Positions 30,114-39,749 of a stretch of 64,000 nucleotides of DNA are shown in pieces. The notes under the pieces were generated by a model, which searched no databases, was not told where the DNA came from, and saw nothing but the letters and a program-made list of their open reading frames with translations. How positions within the stretch are numbered: the stretch's first letter is position 1; every line of letters begins with the position of its first letter. The stretch is from Abditibacteriaceae bacterium (GTDB lineage: Bacteria; Armatimonadota; Abditibacteriia; Abditibacteriales; Abditibacteriaceae). The DNA lies in the NCBI GenBank assembly GCA_965277285.1, contig OZ255721.1:1504001-1568000 (forward strand), written 5' to 3'. Both the position numbers and the translations under genes were made by a program.

Positions 30114-31880
30114 CTACTGCATTTTCCATTTGGCGCTTGCCCACGCAGAGTTGATTGAAGTGCACTGAAGCGCGCCAGTCTCGTTGTTTATGTACTGCCC
30201 GTTGCTCCGGTTCTTGAGCCGATAGTACGTTCCCGTTCCATCCACCGATTCGCGCGACCACATAGCGCTCCACCAGGAATTATCAATAGCGCTGCATTGA
30301 AGAGGATCGTTCTGATTGTTCAAGTATTGTCCTGTCCAGCGATTCTGTATCCGATAGTAAACACCAGCGCTATCGACTGGCTGAAAAAGCCATTGGCCGC
30401 TATAATAGCTGGAGGGCACGCTCGTAGACTGAAAGCCACTTTGCGTGTTGATGTCCGTGCCATCCCACTGATTAATAATCTGCATATAGAACGGCCTTTG
30501 AAAAACGGCGAAGTCCTTTGCTTGCAGGGAAAAGTTGGAGGGGACGGTATGTGCCTGACCATTAGGTGCACCAGTCGGCGTCAATTCAGTCCAAGGTAAA
30601 CCTGAAGAGATGTTGATGGTGCCGCTTACTGCACTGTTGGAAAGGTTGATCTCGACCACGAACTCTTCGCCGTTGGCCGCGCGGTAATAAGTCAGTACCT
30701 GCCCGGAAGCCGAGTTGCTGAGCCATGTCATGTAGCCTTGCGCGAAAGCGTAATGGTTCGCCCGAAGCGCAATCAGTTGCTGGTAAAAGGGCGTAAAGGT
30801 CGATAGACCACTCCAGTTAATCTGGACATGTGAGTTGAATCCTCCTGCATTGTTCATCGCTTCCATGCCGTTGTACAGCAAGGGAACCCCATTGATGGTG
30901 TAGTTGAAAACTGCTGCCGCTTTGGCTCCCGCGAGACCGAGCACATTGACGTCGCGCTCTTTATCCCAGTCATCTTGTATATTCATGTGCAGCGCGCCCG
31001 CCGGAAAGTTGTTGAATTCGCTTTGCCAGGTTGGCTGCACGTTGTTGGTGTTGTTATTTTGGATGGCCGGAATCAAGGCGTTCGACAGGTTCCAGCCGTA
31101 ATCCAATTCAAACGGCGTGGTGGCCAGAGCAGGGTCATCGCACTCGCCCAACATAAGAATGTCAGACTTCTTCGACTCCAGAGCCCCACGGAGGTTGTTC
31201 CAGTAGGCTGCAGGGATATACCGATTGTTGCCATAAGGCATATCGGCAGTATCGAAACGGAAGCCATCGACGTTGTAGGTGGTGATCCACCATTGCAACA
31301 TGCTGGTCATATAAGATTGCAAGGCAGCGCTCGAGTAGTTGAGCTGTGCAACATCGTTCCATGCGGTGGCCGGATATCCGCCGGGAGCAATCGAGCTGAC
31401 GTTCATGGCATTTCCATCAGTGTGGATATACCAGTCAGGATGTTGTGTGATCAACGCATTGTCCCAGGATGTGTGATTCAAAACCTCATCCAGAATCACC
31501 TTCATTCCAAAACCGTGCGCCGTGTTAATCAGATTGGTCAGGTCGGAGCCCGAACCGTAGTTGGAATTGATTCCATAGTAGGCACGGACGCTGTAAGGGC
31601 TGTTGTAGTTGGGGTGTCCAGCGTTCCCCGCCGCGCGTGGAGCCACAGGCATCAGCCATATCACGTTCACACCCAGAGACTGCAATCGTGACAACTGAGA
31701 AGTCACACCAGCAAAGTTGCCGCCCGAAGAAAATATCTCGGGGTTGGCACAGTAGATTACGGCTCCATTGACCCAAGAAGGCTGTTGTGCCCGCGCGGTT
31801 CTAGGTCGCATTCCAATTACTGACAGCACTACGAACACGGCAATTGCTGCTTTCACCAAGCATTGTATACGGTACTTCAT
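30114..31880 (-). CDS. Secreted GH13 alpha-amylase-family protein with a C-terminal ricin-type (beta-trefoil) carbohydrate-binding module
   Basis: LGVNVIWLMP, DEVLNHT, VDGFRFDTA, GVPLLYNG; three C-terminal repeats (YRIQNRWTGQYL, YRLKNRSNGQYI, SAMW/SAKW); AGGAG RBS. Confidence 0.9.
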   Translation of the reverse strand: MKYRIQCLVKAAIAVFVVLSVIGMRPRTARAQQPSWVNGAVIYCANPEIFSSGGNFAGVTSQLSRLQSLGVNVIWLMPVAPRAAGNAGHPNYNSPYSVRAYYGINSNYGSGSDLTNLINTAHGFGMKVILDEVLNHTSWDNALITQHPDWYIHTDGNAMNVSSIAPGGYPATAWNDVAQLNYSSAALQSYMTSMLQWWITTYNVDGFRFDTADMPYGNNRYIPAAYWNNLRGALESKKSDILMLGECDDPALATTPFELDYGWNLSNALIPAIQNNNTNNVQPTWQSEFNNFPAGALHMNIQDDWDKERDVNVLGLAGAKAAAVFNYTINGVPLLYNGMEAMNNAGGFNSHVQINWSGLSTFTPFYQQLIALRANHYAFAQGYMTWLSNSASGQVLTYYRAANGEEFVVEINLSNSAVSGTINISSGLPWTELTPTGAPNGQAHTVPSNFSLQAKDFAVFQRPFYMQIINQWDGTDINTQSGFQSTSVPSSYYSGQWLFQPVDSAGVYYRIQNRWTGQYLNNQNDPLQCSAIDNSWWSAMWSRESVDGTGTYYRLKNRSNGQYINNETGALQCTSINSAWASAKWKMQ

Positions 31881-32032
31881 GATCGCTCCTTGATTGTCGA
31901 AAATCGTCGATTTTACAAATCTGCGGTGCGGTTTTAAAGAGCCGTCGTAAGTTGGGCTAACTTGATGCTGCTTAATTTTCATGGAATCCAACTATGACTG
32001 CTCAAGATTTTCATCTGATAACTTTTTATCGA

Positions 32033-32205
32033 GTAAAGAACCCCGCTGCAAGCAACGGGGCTTTAACGACCGCTTCAAGTCTCGACAGCGGACATCGAGT
32101 CCTGCCGAGATGGTGATTAACTTCAATGCAGACACTAAGCCTGTACCGAAGTCGGCCTATTCATCCCCGCCCCAAACGGTCGGGGCACTCTGGAAAATCT
32201 TGTAG
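32033..32205. mobile_element. Possible IS200/IS605-derived non-autonomous remnant (two subterminal hairpins)
   Basis: Left GTAAAGAACCCCGCTGCAAGCAACGGGGCTTT; right CCTATTCATCCCCGCCCCAAACGGTCGGGGCACTCTGG; no transposase between them. Confidence 0.45.
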
Positions 32206-32372
32206 ATGACGCTATGCCTGAAACGCTACAACATCTTCTCCAATACGACAGACCAGTAAAGTCTTCAATCGCGATTTCTGCCTTTGGTGGTGCACAGCAT
32301 AAAAGCTGCTATTTGGAGTTGTAACGCAACGAACGGAACTGTTCGGTATAAGCACCAGTTGTATCTCAAGCC

Positions 32373-32620
32373 CTACTTGGCGCTTCTGCTTTGTTGCGCC
32401 TGCATTCCAGCAATCGCCTGTTGTTTTGCTGCAGCCGGCATATTGGGGTTGTTCTGGATTGCCTAAATTTGTCTCGTGGCTTCGTCTTGGGGTGACTGTA
32501 TTGCTGGATCATCGTTCGATTTGTTGCAGCCAGCTCCCACTAAGGCAGCCATAGCTAAACTTGCGCCCTATACCCACCTTTCCCATAACGGAATGTCATT
32601 CTTGCATTGCTACCTTTCAC
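32373..32620 (-). pseudogene. Decayed small lipoprotein gene
   Basis: One frame reads GASLAMAALVGAGC(lipobox)NKSNDDPAIQSPQDEATRQI*AIQNNPNMPAAAKQQAIAGMQAQQSRSAK*, with an internal TAG at 32463-32465. The RBS-linked GTG at 32620 is in a different frame. Confidence 0.55.
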
Positions 32621-32862
32621 AGCATCTCCTTTATCTTAAGCGAGCAACGGCTCAACGGCGCATTAGTTATTCATCACTTATTAACACGCTGTTGAGCCGT
32701 TGGGTTCTTTTCGGGGAAGAACAAGGTTAGCAAAAGCTTACTTGAACTTGTTTTCCACAGTTTGTTGACCTGCTAACTGCATCGCGGAGACCGAAAGACA
32801 GAGTGACTTGGAATCGAAATTGAGTACTCGATAGCGCGCTGTCTTTGTTTGTAACGCGAAGT

Positions 32863-33672
32863 TTACTTGTACTTGTCTGTGGCGATTTGCAGGTTGGCCT
32901 GAGCTGCTGTCTCGTCAGCCGGCAGGACGAACGGCTTGTTGTCAAGCGTCCACATGTTGACGGCCGACGAACCGCCTCCAGTGGAATCGATCGTTGCAAA
33001 TGGTCTGAGCGACTTGACGTGACCGTCCGCAAACAAGTAGTTCGACGTGGACAGATGACCCGCAAAAAGCTTGTCGCCGGTTCCGGTGTCGAGCGCGCCG
33101 CCAGTAGCCGGCACTGGTAACGAAAATGATCCCGGCCCAAGGCCGGTCGTGCCGTATCCTGCAAATTCGACAATCTCGATCGTTGACGACGGGGCCGCAA
33201 ACGCAGCTAAACTTTGTCCTTCGCCCTTTGGCATCACTATTTGCGCCGCTTGGGACGATGGAATCGCTCCGTTAGGATCCACAGAAACGTCCAAGTTGGC
33301 CGCGTAGTCATTGGAGATGTCAGAGCCAGCAGAACCGCCGTAAGGCTTTTCGCTGCTAGAGTTGGAGGGGCACCTGAGAAGATCCTTGCTCTTGAGGTAA
33401 GGCTGAATGACATACTGCCAATACGGATAATCAGGACCTCTGACTTGTGACGGCACCATCTTTTCATCGTATTCCTGTGCATACTGCAGCAGGCCGAGAC
33501 CGATCTGTTTCATGTTGCTGGAGCAACTGGCACGGCGGGCACTTTCGCGCGCTTTGGCGAAAGCGGGGAACAAAATCGCGGCTAAAATCGCAATGATAGC
33601 GATGACCACGAGAAGTTCGATCAGGGTGAAACCTTTGCGCATCTTGGAAGGTGCGCTTTGAATATTCGACAT
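32863..33672 (-). CDS. DUF1559 family prepilin-type N-terminal cleavage/methylation protein with H-X9-DG motif
   Basis: [45 protein letters not shown] and [13 protein letters not shown]. Confidence 0.93.
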   Translation of the reverse strand: MSNIQSAPSKMRKGFTLIELLVVIAIIAILAAILFPAFAKARESARRASCSSNMKQIGLGLLQYAQEYDEKMVPSQVRGPDYPYWQYVIQPYLKSKDLLRCPSNSSSEKPYGGSAGSDISNDYAANLDVSVDPNGAIPSSQAAQIVMPKGEGQSLAAFAAPSSTIEIVEFAGYGTTGLGPGSFSLPVPATGGALDTGTGDKLFAGHLSTSNYLFADGHVKSLRPFATIDSTGGGSSAVNMWTLDNKPFVLPADETAAQANLQIATDKYK

Positions 33673-33742
33673 TATTGTCTCCTTCATCAAAACGTTTTCT
33701 GCACAGAGATAGGATTTCTGCACAAAATGGATGCAAGCGCTC

Positions 33743-34780
33743 TTATCGAGTACTCGACGAGTTCAATGTATGCACCGATTGGCGCACTATCAAATGCACA
33801 GGTGCTACTTTGCAGCAAGCGGCGGCTTCACCTCCATTTTTTAATTCGATCCAAGCATCTATCGCCAATCGCCCGATTTCGGAGCACAAGTGGCACACTG
33901 TAGTCAATCCGCGTGGTTCAGCTTCACGCCGATTGTCCACGCCGATGAGCGACACATCCGTGGGCACGCGCACTCCTTGCGCTTCGAGCGCATCCCACAG
34001 CGAAAGCGCAAGGGGATCGTTAAAACAAGCGACTGCCGTGACACCTAAACGGCGCACGGTTTCAGCGGCCTGGGGATGCAAAACAAACTCGCCACCCTCC
34101 GTTGTGCCAGGGATCAAGAACTCTTGACGGAGTTCGATCCCGTGTTTCCACATCGCTTGCACCCACGCGGATTGGCGTTGCTTTTCGTCGAAATTATCAG
34201 CTGGCCCGGACAAATACGCGATGCGCCTGTGACCGCGCTGGACAAAATGCTCGACCATTTGCTGCATCACCAGGTTGTTATCCACATCGACCCATGCCAC
34301 ACCCGCAGGCGCATTGCGGCGGTAACAAACCACCGAAGGAATGCCGTGCTGTGACACGATGTCCAAAGCACGCCGCCACTTGCCCTCGCGCGAAGCAATG
34401 AAAATAAACCCATCGCTGCGTCGATCCACAAAGCGCACTTCATCACTGTTCAGCACCGGATCACAACCTTCGCGCAACATCGTCATCAGGTCGTAACCGT
34501 GCTTGCGCGCGCCTTCGGCAAGACCTTCGTAGGTAAACAAGTCCAGTGGGTGCTCGCTGACACCATAATGCTCGGGAACCAGCGTTATGATACGGGTTTC
34601 CATATGCCGTTTTTGTGACGCTGGAGGACTCACAGGAAGATAGTTCAAACGTTGCGCGGCTTCAATAACACGCTGCCGCGTTTCCGTTCTCATCCGCATA
34701 TCCTGCCCACGCAAAACATTGGAAACCGTCATCGCCGAAACACCCGCTTCTTCGGCAACACTGCGAATCGTGACTCTCAT
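33743..34780 (-). CDS. LacI family transcriptional regulator
   Basis: [46 protein letters not shown]. Confidence 0.95.
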   Translation of the reverse strand: MRVTIRSVAEEAGVSAMTVSNVLRGQDMRMRTETRQRVIEAAQRLNYLPVSPPASQKRHMETRIITLVPEHYGVSEHPLDLFTYEGLAEGARKHGYDLMTMLREGCDPVLNSDEVRFVDRRSDGFIFIASREGKWRRALDIVSQHGIPSVVCYRRNAPAGVAWVDVDNNLVMQQMVEHFVQRGHRRIAYLSGPADNFDEKQRQSAWVQAMWKHGIELRQEFLIPGTTEGGEFVLHPQAAETVRRLGVTAVACFNDPLALSLWDALEAQGVRVPTDVSLIGVDNRREAEPRGLTTVCHLCSEIGRLAIDAWIELKNGGEAAACCKVAPVHLIVRQSVHTLNSSSTR

Positions 34781-34949
34781 AAAAGCTCATTTTCTCGACG
34801 TATATTTACTGTCCCGATTTACTGTAAACAAAAGGTATAAGTACATTATGCCCCTATTCTTTAATTTCTAAACATTTTGCCGAAAATTTTAATTTCGGTG
34901 TTTGTGGATCAACCGAAGCAAGATTATTGATGGCATCGCTATTGTGCAT

Positions 34950-35012
34950 CATCGCCAAAGCCCGCAAGAAAATGGCGGCGTGACGTTCTCAACACCACAT
35001 CGAGTACTCGAT
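34950..35012 (+). repeat. attR-like copy of the 63-bp direct repeat
   Basis: CATCGCCAAAGCCCGCAAGAAAATGGCGGCGTGACGTTCTCAACACCACATCGAGTACTCGAT. Confidence 0.92.
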
Positions 35013-35030
35013 TCGAGTACTCGAAAGTTC

Positions 35031-35065
35031 AAAAGCCGCAGCGAACGTAATTCGCTGCGGCTTTT
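35031..35065. terminator. Intrinsic terminator (probably the original rpmB terminator)
   Basis: AAAAGCCGCAGCGAA ... TTCGCTGCGGCTTTT directly after the right repeat and a second palindrome. Confidence 0.75.
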
Positions 35066-35102
35066 TATTGTTTGTCTGGCGGCTTCACTCAATCAGGTCA
35101 CT

Positions 35103-36332
35103 TCAATGCGTCTTTATGCGATGTGCGCGGGAAGGGGTTGCCACAAGCGCTTCATCGGCAAGCGCTTCATCGGCAAGCGCTTCTTTAGCTGACACATCTT
35201 CGTCCTTGAATCGCGCGGCGAAACCAATACTGGGGTGCTCGATTCGGACATAGAGAAATTGTGCCGCCGCCACGCTGTATACGATAGCAAGGATGAGCAA
35301 CGCCGCAATCGCGCTGTGTCGCCAGGCTGCGCCCCAGGCTGGGTTAAGGATGTGAATTCCGAGCCAATAAACACCGAATATCACCAGCAAGTGTACGAGA
35401 TAAAGGCTGTAGGAAATACGACCAAAGTATTGCAGAAAAGCGTTTTGTCCCCATTGCGTCAACTTATCGCGCCGACCCGCGTTCCAGAGAATGAAAGCCG
35501 TCAAGCAACCGATGCAGAGCGCGAGAGGCGTTGTTTTTTGCGCTGTGTAAACCATGCCAAGGTAAGGAGTACGCGCCAACCACGCCCATATTATGGCACC
35601 GACAAATAACGCTTGAAATCCCAGAAACCAGCCTATACAGATGACCTTCCGAAACGACCAGTAAGCCAGCACGCCGGCCACAAAATAAAACCAGAAGCGA
35701 GGAAATTCCGAAAATCCGCAAGGAACTTGCGCCACCACGAGCGAAGCCTCGCCGGTAACGAAAATCACGCAAATCGTCGGTAACCCAATATCGCCCTTGG
35801 CCTTCCTCTCGCCACTTTTATGAACGAAAACTTTTTCGGATAACACCCGACCAAACATCAAACAAGCGATAAAGAACACATAAAACTGAACTTCCAGACA
35901 AAGCGTCCAAGCCACGCCCAACATACTGTCGATCTGAAAAACATTTTGCAGGTAAATGAAGTTCAACAAAATTTGCAACATGCTGGATAGCGGCTGATGC
36001 AGCACCACTTGCAGGCAAAGTATGACGATCAACATCAGCCAGTACGCTGGATCCAGGCGCAATTGGCGCCGCAGCATGAAACGCCCGACCGAGCGCCAAG
36101 TCAGTGGATTATGGCGCAGCGAATGCGTAATTACAAAACCGCTCAGCACAAAGAAAACTTGCACGCCCAGAGCAAAATAATCATGAGCCGTGCTGCTCCA
36201 CACCGTGACGGAACGACTTTCCACCAAGGCACCGATCAACAACATCCAATGACAAAAAAAGACCGATAAAGACGCAATGCCTCGCAGCGCATCGACAAAC
36301 GTGAACCGCTCGGGCGAACTCAGGTTGCTCAT
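35103..36332 (-). CDS. Acyltransferase_3 (OafA-like) membrane O-acyltransferase
   Basis: DALRGIA, GVQVFFVLSGFVI, WTLCLEVQFY, GRISYSLYLVH, IEHP. Confidence 0.92.
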   Translation of the reverse strand: MSNLSSPERFTFVDALRGIASLSVFFCHWMLLIGALVESRSVTVWSSTAHDYFALGVQVFFVLSGFVITHSLRHNPLTWRSVGRFMLRRQLRLDPAYWLMLIVILCLQVVLHQPLSSMLQILLNFIYLQNVFQIDSMLGVAWTLCLEVQFYVFFIACLMFGRVLSEKVFVHKSGERKAKGDIGLPTICVIFVTGEASLVVAQVPCGFSEFPRFWFYFVAGVLAYWSFRKVICIGWFLGFQALFVGAIIWAWLARTPYLGMVYTAQKTTPLALCIGCLTAFILWNAGRRDKLTQWGQNAFLQYFGRISYSLYLVHLLVIFGVYWLGIHILNPAWGAAWRHSAIAALLILAIVYSVAAAQFLYVRIEHPSIGFAARFKDEDVSAKEALADEALADEALVATPSRAHRIKTH

Positions 36333-36351
36333 CTCGCACAGATTAACAACA

Positions 36352-37923
36352 TCAAGAAGAAGGCGTCACGGGTGGCAAAAGAGTACTCGATTCGTGACGC
36401 ATCAAGCGCGCAAAACGATTTTTCAACGCGACATTGGACGACGCTTGTAACTTCATGCGCAACGCGACGCTTTGATGCAGCACGATGAAACGCGCCAGAT
36501 GCGCGGCTTCAACTTCCGCTTGTTCGCCTTGATCCGATTGGGCAATCGCCAGGGTTTCCCATTCTTTTCCAGCGTCGAACAGCGGTTTCCACTTTTCGCT
36601 GCTCGCTTCGCGTTCCAGTTGCGCTTGAAAATTGCCCAGCGCCTTTGCTTTGAGCGCCGCGTCTTTGCTATTCAAATTTGGCTGCGCCGCGAAAACTGCC
36701 GCGCGCATCTGGTGTCGCAACGTCAGAAAACGTTCGCGCGCCGCCACAACGCGAGTTTCCGCAACCGCGTCCGTCGCAGATTGGGACGACAAGTGGCGCC
36801 AGCGATCTTCCGCCTGCGCCAAACGATGTTCACCCGTCAATTTCAATTCGTCCGCCAACTTGTTCAAAGCGAAACGTTGCCCGGACAAAGCAAAAGCCTG
36901 CACAACCGAATATCGAGTACTCGAACCCGCGAGCGACACGAAACGGCGCAGAAACAGGTCGGAAGTCGCCACTGGAATATCAATCGACTTGTCGTTGGCC
37001 AGCGTGTAGCAAAACGCTTCGTTCATGCCGACGCGACCATCATGGTTATAATCGGCGCCCGTTACTTTGCGCCCAACACGGTCGCGTCCCGTCAACGCCG
37101 CGAAAAAATACGACGTAAAATCGTGATATTCGGCTTCGTTCAACTCGGACGTGCAACCTGCCGCCGTGCGAAAACGCGTCGTCGCAAAGAAACCAGCGAT
37201 GTCGCGGTTGAGCAAAGCGCTTTTTGGGTCACCGTTTTGAAACAAGAGATTGGCAAAGGCGCCCGAAAAACATTGCACCATCACCAGCGTGACCGGAACG
37301 CTTTGCGGCAAGCGCGCGATCTGCGTAGACAAATCGCGGACGGAAAGCTCTTCGTCGCCCCACAAATCGTAATTGTTGTTATCGGGATTTTGGTCGTTTT
37401 TGCTGCCATGTCCCGTGAAATACAGCAAAACCGAACGCGAAGAATGCGCTGCATCGCGCGCCATTTTCGCAAACGCTTTGTCGATGTCGGCGCGATGCGA
37501 AGCGCCATCGAGCGATGAACCCAGATTTGGACGGCGCCACGTCGAAAGCACATCCTGCGGCCCGTCGTCTTCCATCAATAAACCGTAAAGATACCGCCCG
37601 CGCGAAAGTTTCTGCGGCTGATCGAACAACACGGTTTCACTTTGCGGGTTTCCGTCAGCGAACAAAACGGTGCGCGGTGTTCCAATCGGCAACAAGCGTT
37701 TGAGATAACGCACGTTGCTTTCGATGGCGACCTGATTGTTGTCCAAATCCGGCCCGCCACCAACAATGAGTACGCGAAGCGGTGCAATTTTGGACGCGCC
37801 CATCGCTGTTGCGCGCGGATTTACTTCGATAGGTTTTTGCGGCGCGCTACCAAGCGAAAAAAATGCCGCGACCGACAACGCGAGCGCGGGCAAAGTCATC
37901 CAGAAACGAGAAGAAGTTTTCAT
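36352..37923 (-). CDS. Secreted protein with a caspase/legumain-like (clan CD) His-Cys dyad pattern
   Basis: LLYFTGHG and LVMVQCFSG motifs; signal peptide. Confidence 0.6.
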   Translation of the reverse strand: MKTSSRFWMTLPALALSVAAFFSLGSAPQKPIEVNPRATAMGASKIAPLRVLIVGGGPDLDNNQVAIESNVRYLKRLLPIGTPRTVLFADGNPQSETVLFDQPQKLSRGRYLYGLLMEDDGPQDVLSTWRRPNLGSSLDGASHRADIDKAFAKMARDAAHSSRSVLLYFTGHGSKNDQNPDNNNYDLWGDEELSVRDLSTQIARLPQSVPVTLVMVQCFSGAFANLLFQNGDPKSALLNRDIAGFFATTRFRTAAGCTSELNEAEYHDFTSYFFAALTGRDRVGRKVTGADYNHDGRVGMNEAFCYTLANDKSIDIPVATSDLFLRRFVSLAGSSTRYSVVQAFALSGQRFALNKLADELKLTGEHRLAQAEDRWRHLSSQSATDAVAETRVVAARERFLTLRHQMRAAVFAAQPNLNSKDAALKAKALGNFQAQLEREASSEKWKPLFDAGKEWETLAIAQSDQGEQAEVEAAHLARFIVLHQSVALRMKLQASSNVALKNRFARLMRHESSTLLPPVTPSS

Positions 37924-37944
37924 AAGCGCAATATAATCGTTCAA

Positions 37945-38080
37945 CGAACCCGAAGCGTGAGCGAGGGGGACGTAACAGAAGGCGGAGGGATGAGGGATGA
38001 AGTTTCAAGTCCTCTCTTTCTCCTTCATCCCTCTTAATTCATCCTTCTGCTACGCCCCTCTCGCTCACGCTGCGGGTTCG
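37945..38080. repeat. AACCCGAAGCGTGAGCGA-family inverted repeat with a nested GGATGAA heptamer hairpin
   Basis: Outer arms CGAACCCGAAGCGTGAGCGAG / CTCGCTCACGCTGCGGGTTCG; inner arms GGGATGAGGGATGAA / TTCATCCCTC..TTCATCCTTC. Confidence 0.8.
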
Positions 38081-38155
38081 CTGGATCCCACCACAAACAC
38101 AAAAAGCCCCGCGCGAACGGAGCTTTTCGTTTGAACCTTTGACCATTCTCAAGAA

Positions 38156-38238
38156 TGTCGCGGAGAGGACTTGAACCTCCACGGAGTTGCCTCCACCAGC
38201 CCCTCAAGCTGGCGCGTCTGCCATTTCGCCACCGCGAC
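38156..38238 (-). tRNA. tRNA-Leu (anticodon GAG), CCA not encoded
   Basis: Acceptor stem GTCGCGG/CCGCGAC+A, anticodon arm CCAGC-TTGAGGG-GCTGG, long variable arm, T-loop GTTCAAGT; lies downstream of secG as in many bacteria. Confidence 0.95.
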
Positions 38239-38286
38239 GAGAACCTACATACTTACAACGAGGAATCGAGTACTCGATTTGCAACC

Positions 38287-38634
38287 TTACACATTACCTG
38301 CCGCGCCGGTCACGATTTTCCACAACTGCGAACCGAAGCGCATCACCAGAACATAGACCACAATGGCGCCCACGATGTGGTACCACTGCTTGTCCTTCAT
38401 CGCGTTGAGCACCGAAGAAAATAAAAACGCGACCGCGACCCATGACGTGGCCGGTTTCAAAACGCGTTCGGCGCCGACCGCCATATTGATGCTGCCCGAA
38501 GAGCGCCCGCCAGCCGCGCCCAAACCCATCACGCCGCCACCGCCCTGCTCGGCTTTGTCGGTCTGCACTGCCATCAAAGCAATCAAAGACAGCGTCGTTA
38601 TAACCTGCAAAATCCACACAATCGTATTAATCAA
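38287..38634 (-). CDS. secG: Preprotein translocase subunit SecG
   Basis: TM helix-Q-Gly-rich loop-GAERVL-TM helix; synteny with tRNA-Leu(GAG); TTG start after GGAG. Confidence 0.75.
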   Translation of the reverse strand: MINTIVWILQVITTLSLIALMAVQTDKAEQGGGGVMGLGAAGGRSSGSINMAVGAERVLKPATSWVAVAFLFSSVLNAMKDKQWYHIVGAIVVYVLVMRFGSQLWKIVTGAAGNV

Positions 38635-38845
38635 CGTCTCGCTCCAAAAACGCCATAAACTCATTCGGCGCAAAGGAATTATAAGGAACACAACGCGCAA
38701 AGTCAAGACAGGCGCGACGTTGACAAACATCCTTTGTTGCTTTCTTTACATATCGAGTACTCGATTCCCGTTTCGCGTATTTCGCGGGCCACTTTCCCAG
38801 TCTTTGGTACAATGGAAGAAGCCAAAAAGTTTAAAAGGTGATTTT

Positions 38846-39634
38846 CTGGACGCTCAATCTTGGCGCTCTTTTCTGCAATCGGTGCAGGACAGCACGGTTT
38901 CCGTTGATGATGCGCTCGCTCAAGCCCTGGAGCAAAGCGCACCGCTTTCCAACGTGTCGGATACAAACACGGACTTTGAAGAATTAGGCTTCGCCAAAGT
39001 CGACCACGCGCGCGCGGCTCGTCAAGGTTTTCCCGAAGTGATTTTCTGCCTGGGAAAAACGCCCGCGCAAGTCGCGCCGATTGCGCACAGTTTGCACGCG
39101 CGCGGCAGCACTTTGTTGGCGACGCGCGCTGACCGCGCTGTTTTCGACGCCGTGCGCGCCGTCGTTCCAACTGCCGAGTACAACGAAATCGCGCGACTTG
39201 TTTTTGCACCCGGCGACATCGCGCCGCATTTGGATGGACGCATTGGCGTTTTGGCGGCGGGAACCAGCGATTTGCCGGTCGCCGAAGAAGCCTGTGGCAC
39301 GCTCGAAGCGATGGGCGCCAACGTTCAGCGCATTTATGATGTCGGCGTCGCGGGCTTGCATCGCTTGCTCGCTTTCCAAAATGACTTGCGCGCCTGCGAT
39401 GCGTTAATCGTCTGCGCCGGAATGGAAGGTGCTTTGCCGTCGGTCGTCGCCGGTTTGGTCGATATTCCCGTAATTGCAGTTCCGACAAGCGTTGGATATG
39501 GCGCCAGTTTCGGCGGTTTGGCGGCGCTTTTGGGAATGCTCAACTCGTGCGCTAACGGCGTTGCGGTCGTGAACATCGACAACGGCTTTGGCGCCGCCGC
39601 CTTCGCCGCTTCGATTTTAAGAAAGAAGAATTAA
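38846..39634 (+). CDS. larB: Nickel pincer cofactor biosynthesis protein LarB (start uncertain, possibly CTG)
   Basis: [62 protein letters not shown]. Confidence 0.92.
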   Translation: MDAQSWRSFLQSVQDSTVSVDDALAQALEQSAPLSNVSDTNTDFEELGFAKVDHARAARQGFPEVIFCLGKTPAQVAPIAHSLHARGSTLLATRADRAVFDAVRAVVPTAEYNEIARLVFAPGDIAPHLDGRIGVLAAGTSDLPVAEEACGTLEAMGANVQRIYDVGVAGLHRLLAFQNDLRACDALIVCAGMEGALPSVVAGLVDIPVIAVPTSVGYGASFGGLAALLGMLNSCANGVAVVNIDNGFGAAAFAASILRKKN

Positions 39635-39742
39635 CCACAAAGACACAAAGGTCACAGAGATTTTCAAGAGGAATATCGAGTACTCGATGCCGACAACAAA
39701 CTCTTTTTGAAGCCTCTCTGTGTTCTTTGTGTCTTTGTGGTT
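39633..39742. repeat. Inverted repeat, 9-bp periodic family, with the palindrome in its loop
   Basis: AACCACAAAGACACAAAGGTCACAGAGA ... TCTCTGTGTTCTTTGTGTCTTTGTGGTT. Confidence 0.8.
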
Positions 39743-39749
39743 GAAAATT

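Larger units (their letters stand above)
29946..35012. mobile_element. 5-kb genomic island at the rpmB 3' end (LacI, DUF1559 protein, lipoprotein pseudogene, GH13)
   Basis: Flanked by a 63-bp direct repeat 5004 bp apart; no integrase inside. Confidence 0.8.

Noticed and set aside
32030..32130. Riboswitch upstream of the GH13 gene
   Set aside because: Hairpins are present but I recognised no conserved aptamer core; an IS-end remnant fits better.
38004..38016. TTCAAGTCCTCTC matches the tRNA-Leu T-arm, suggesting an att site
   Set aside because: Only 13 bp and inverted relative to the tRNA; an att duplication would be a direct repeat.
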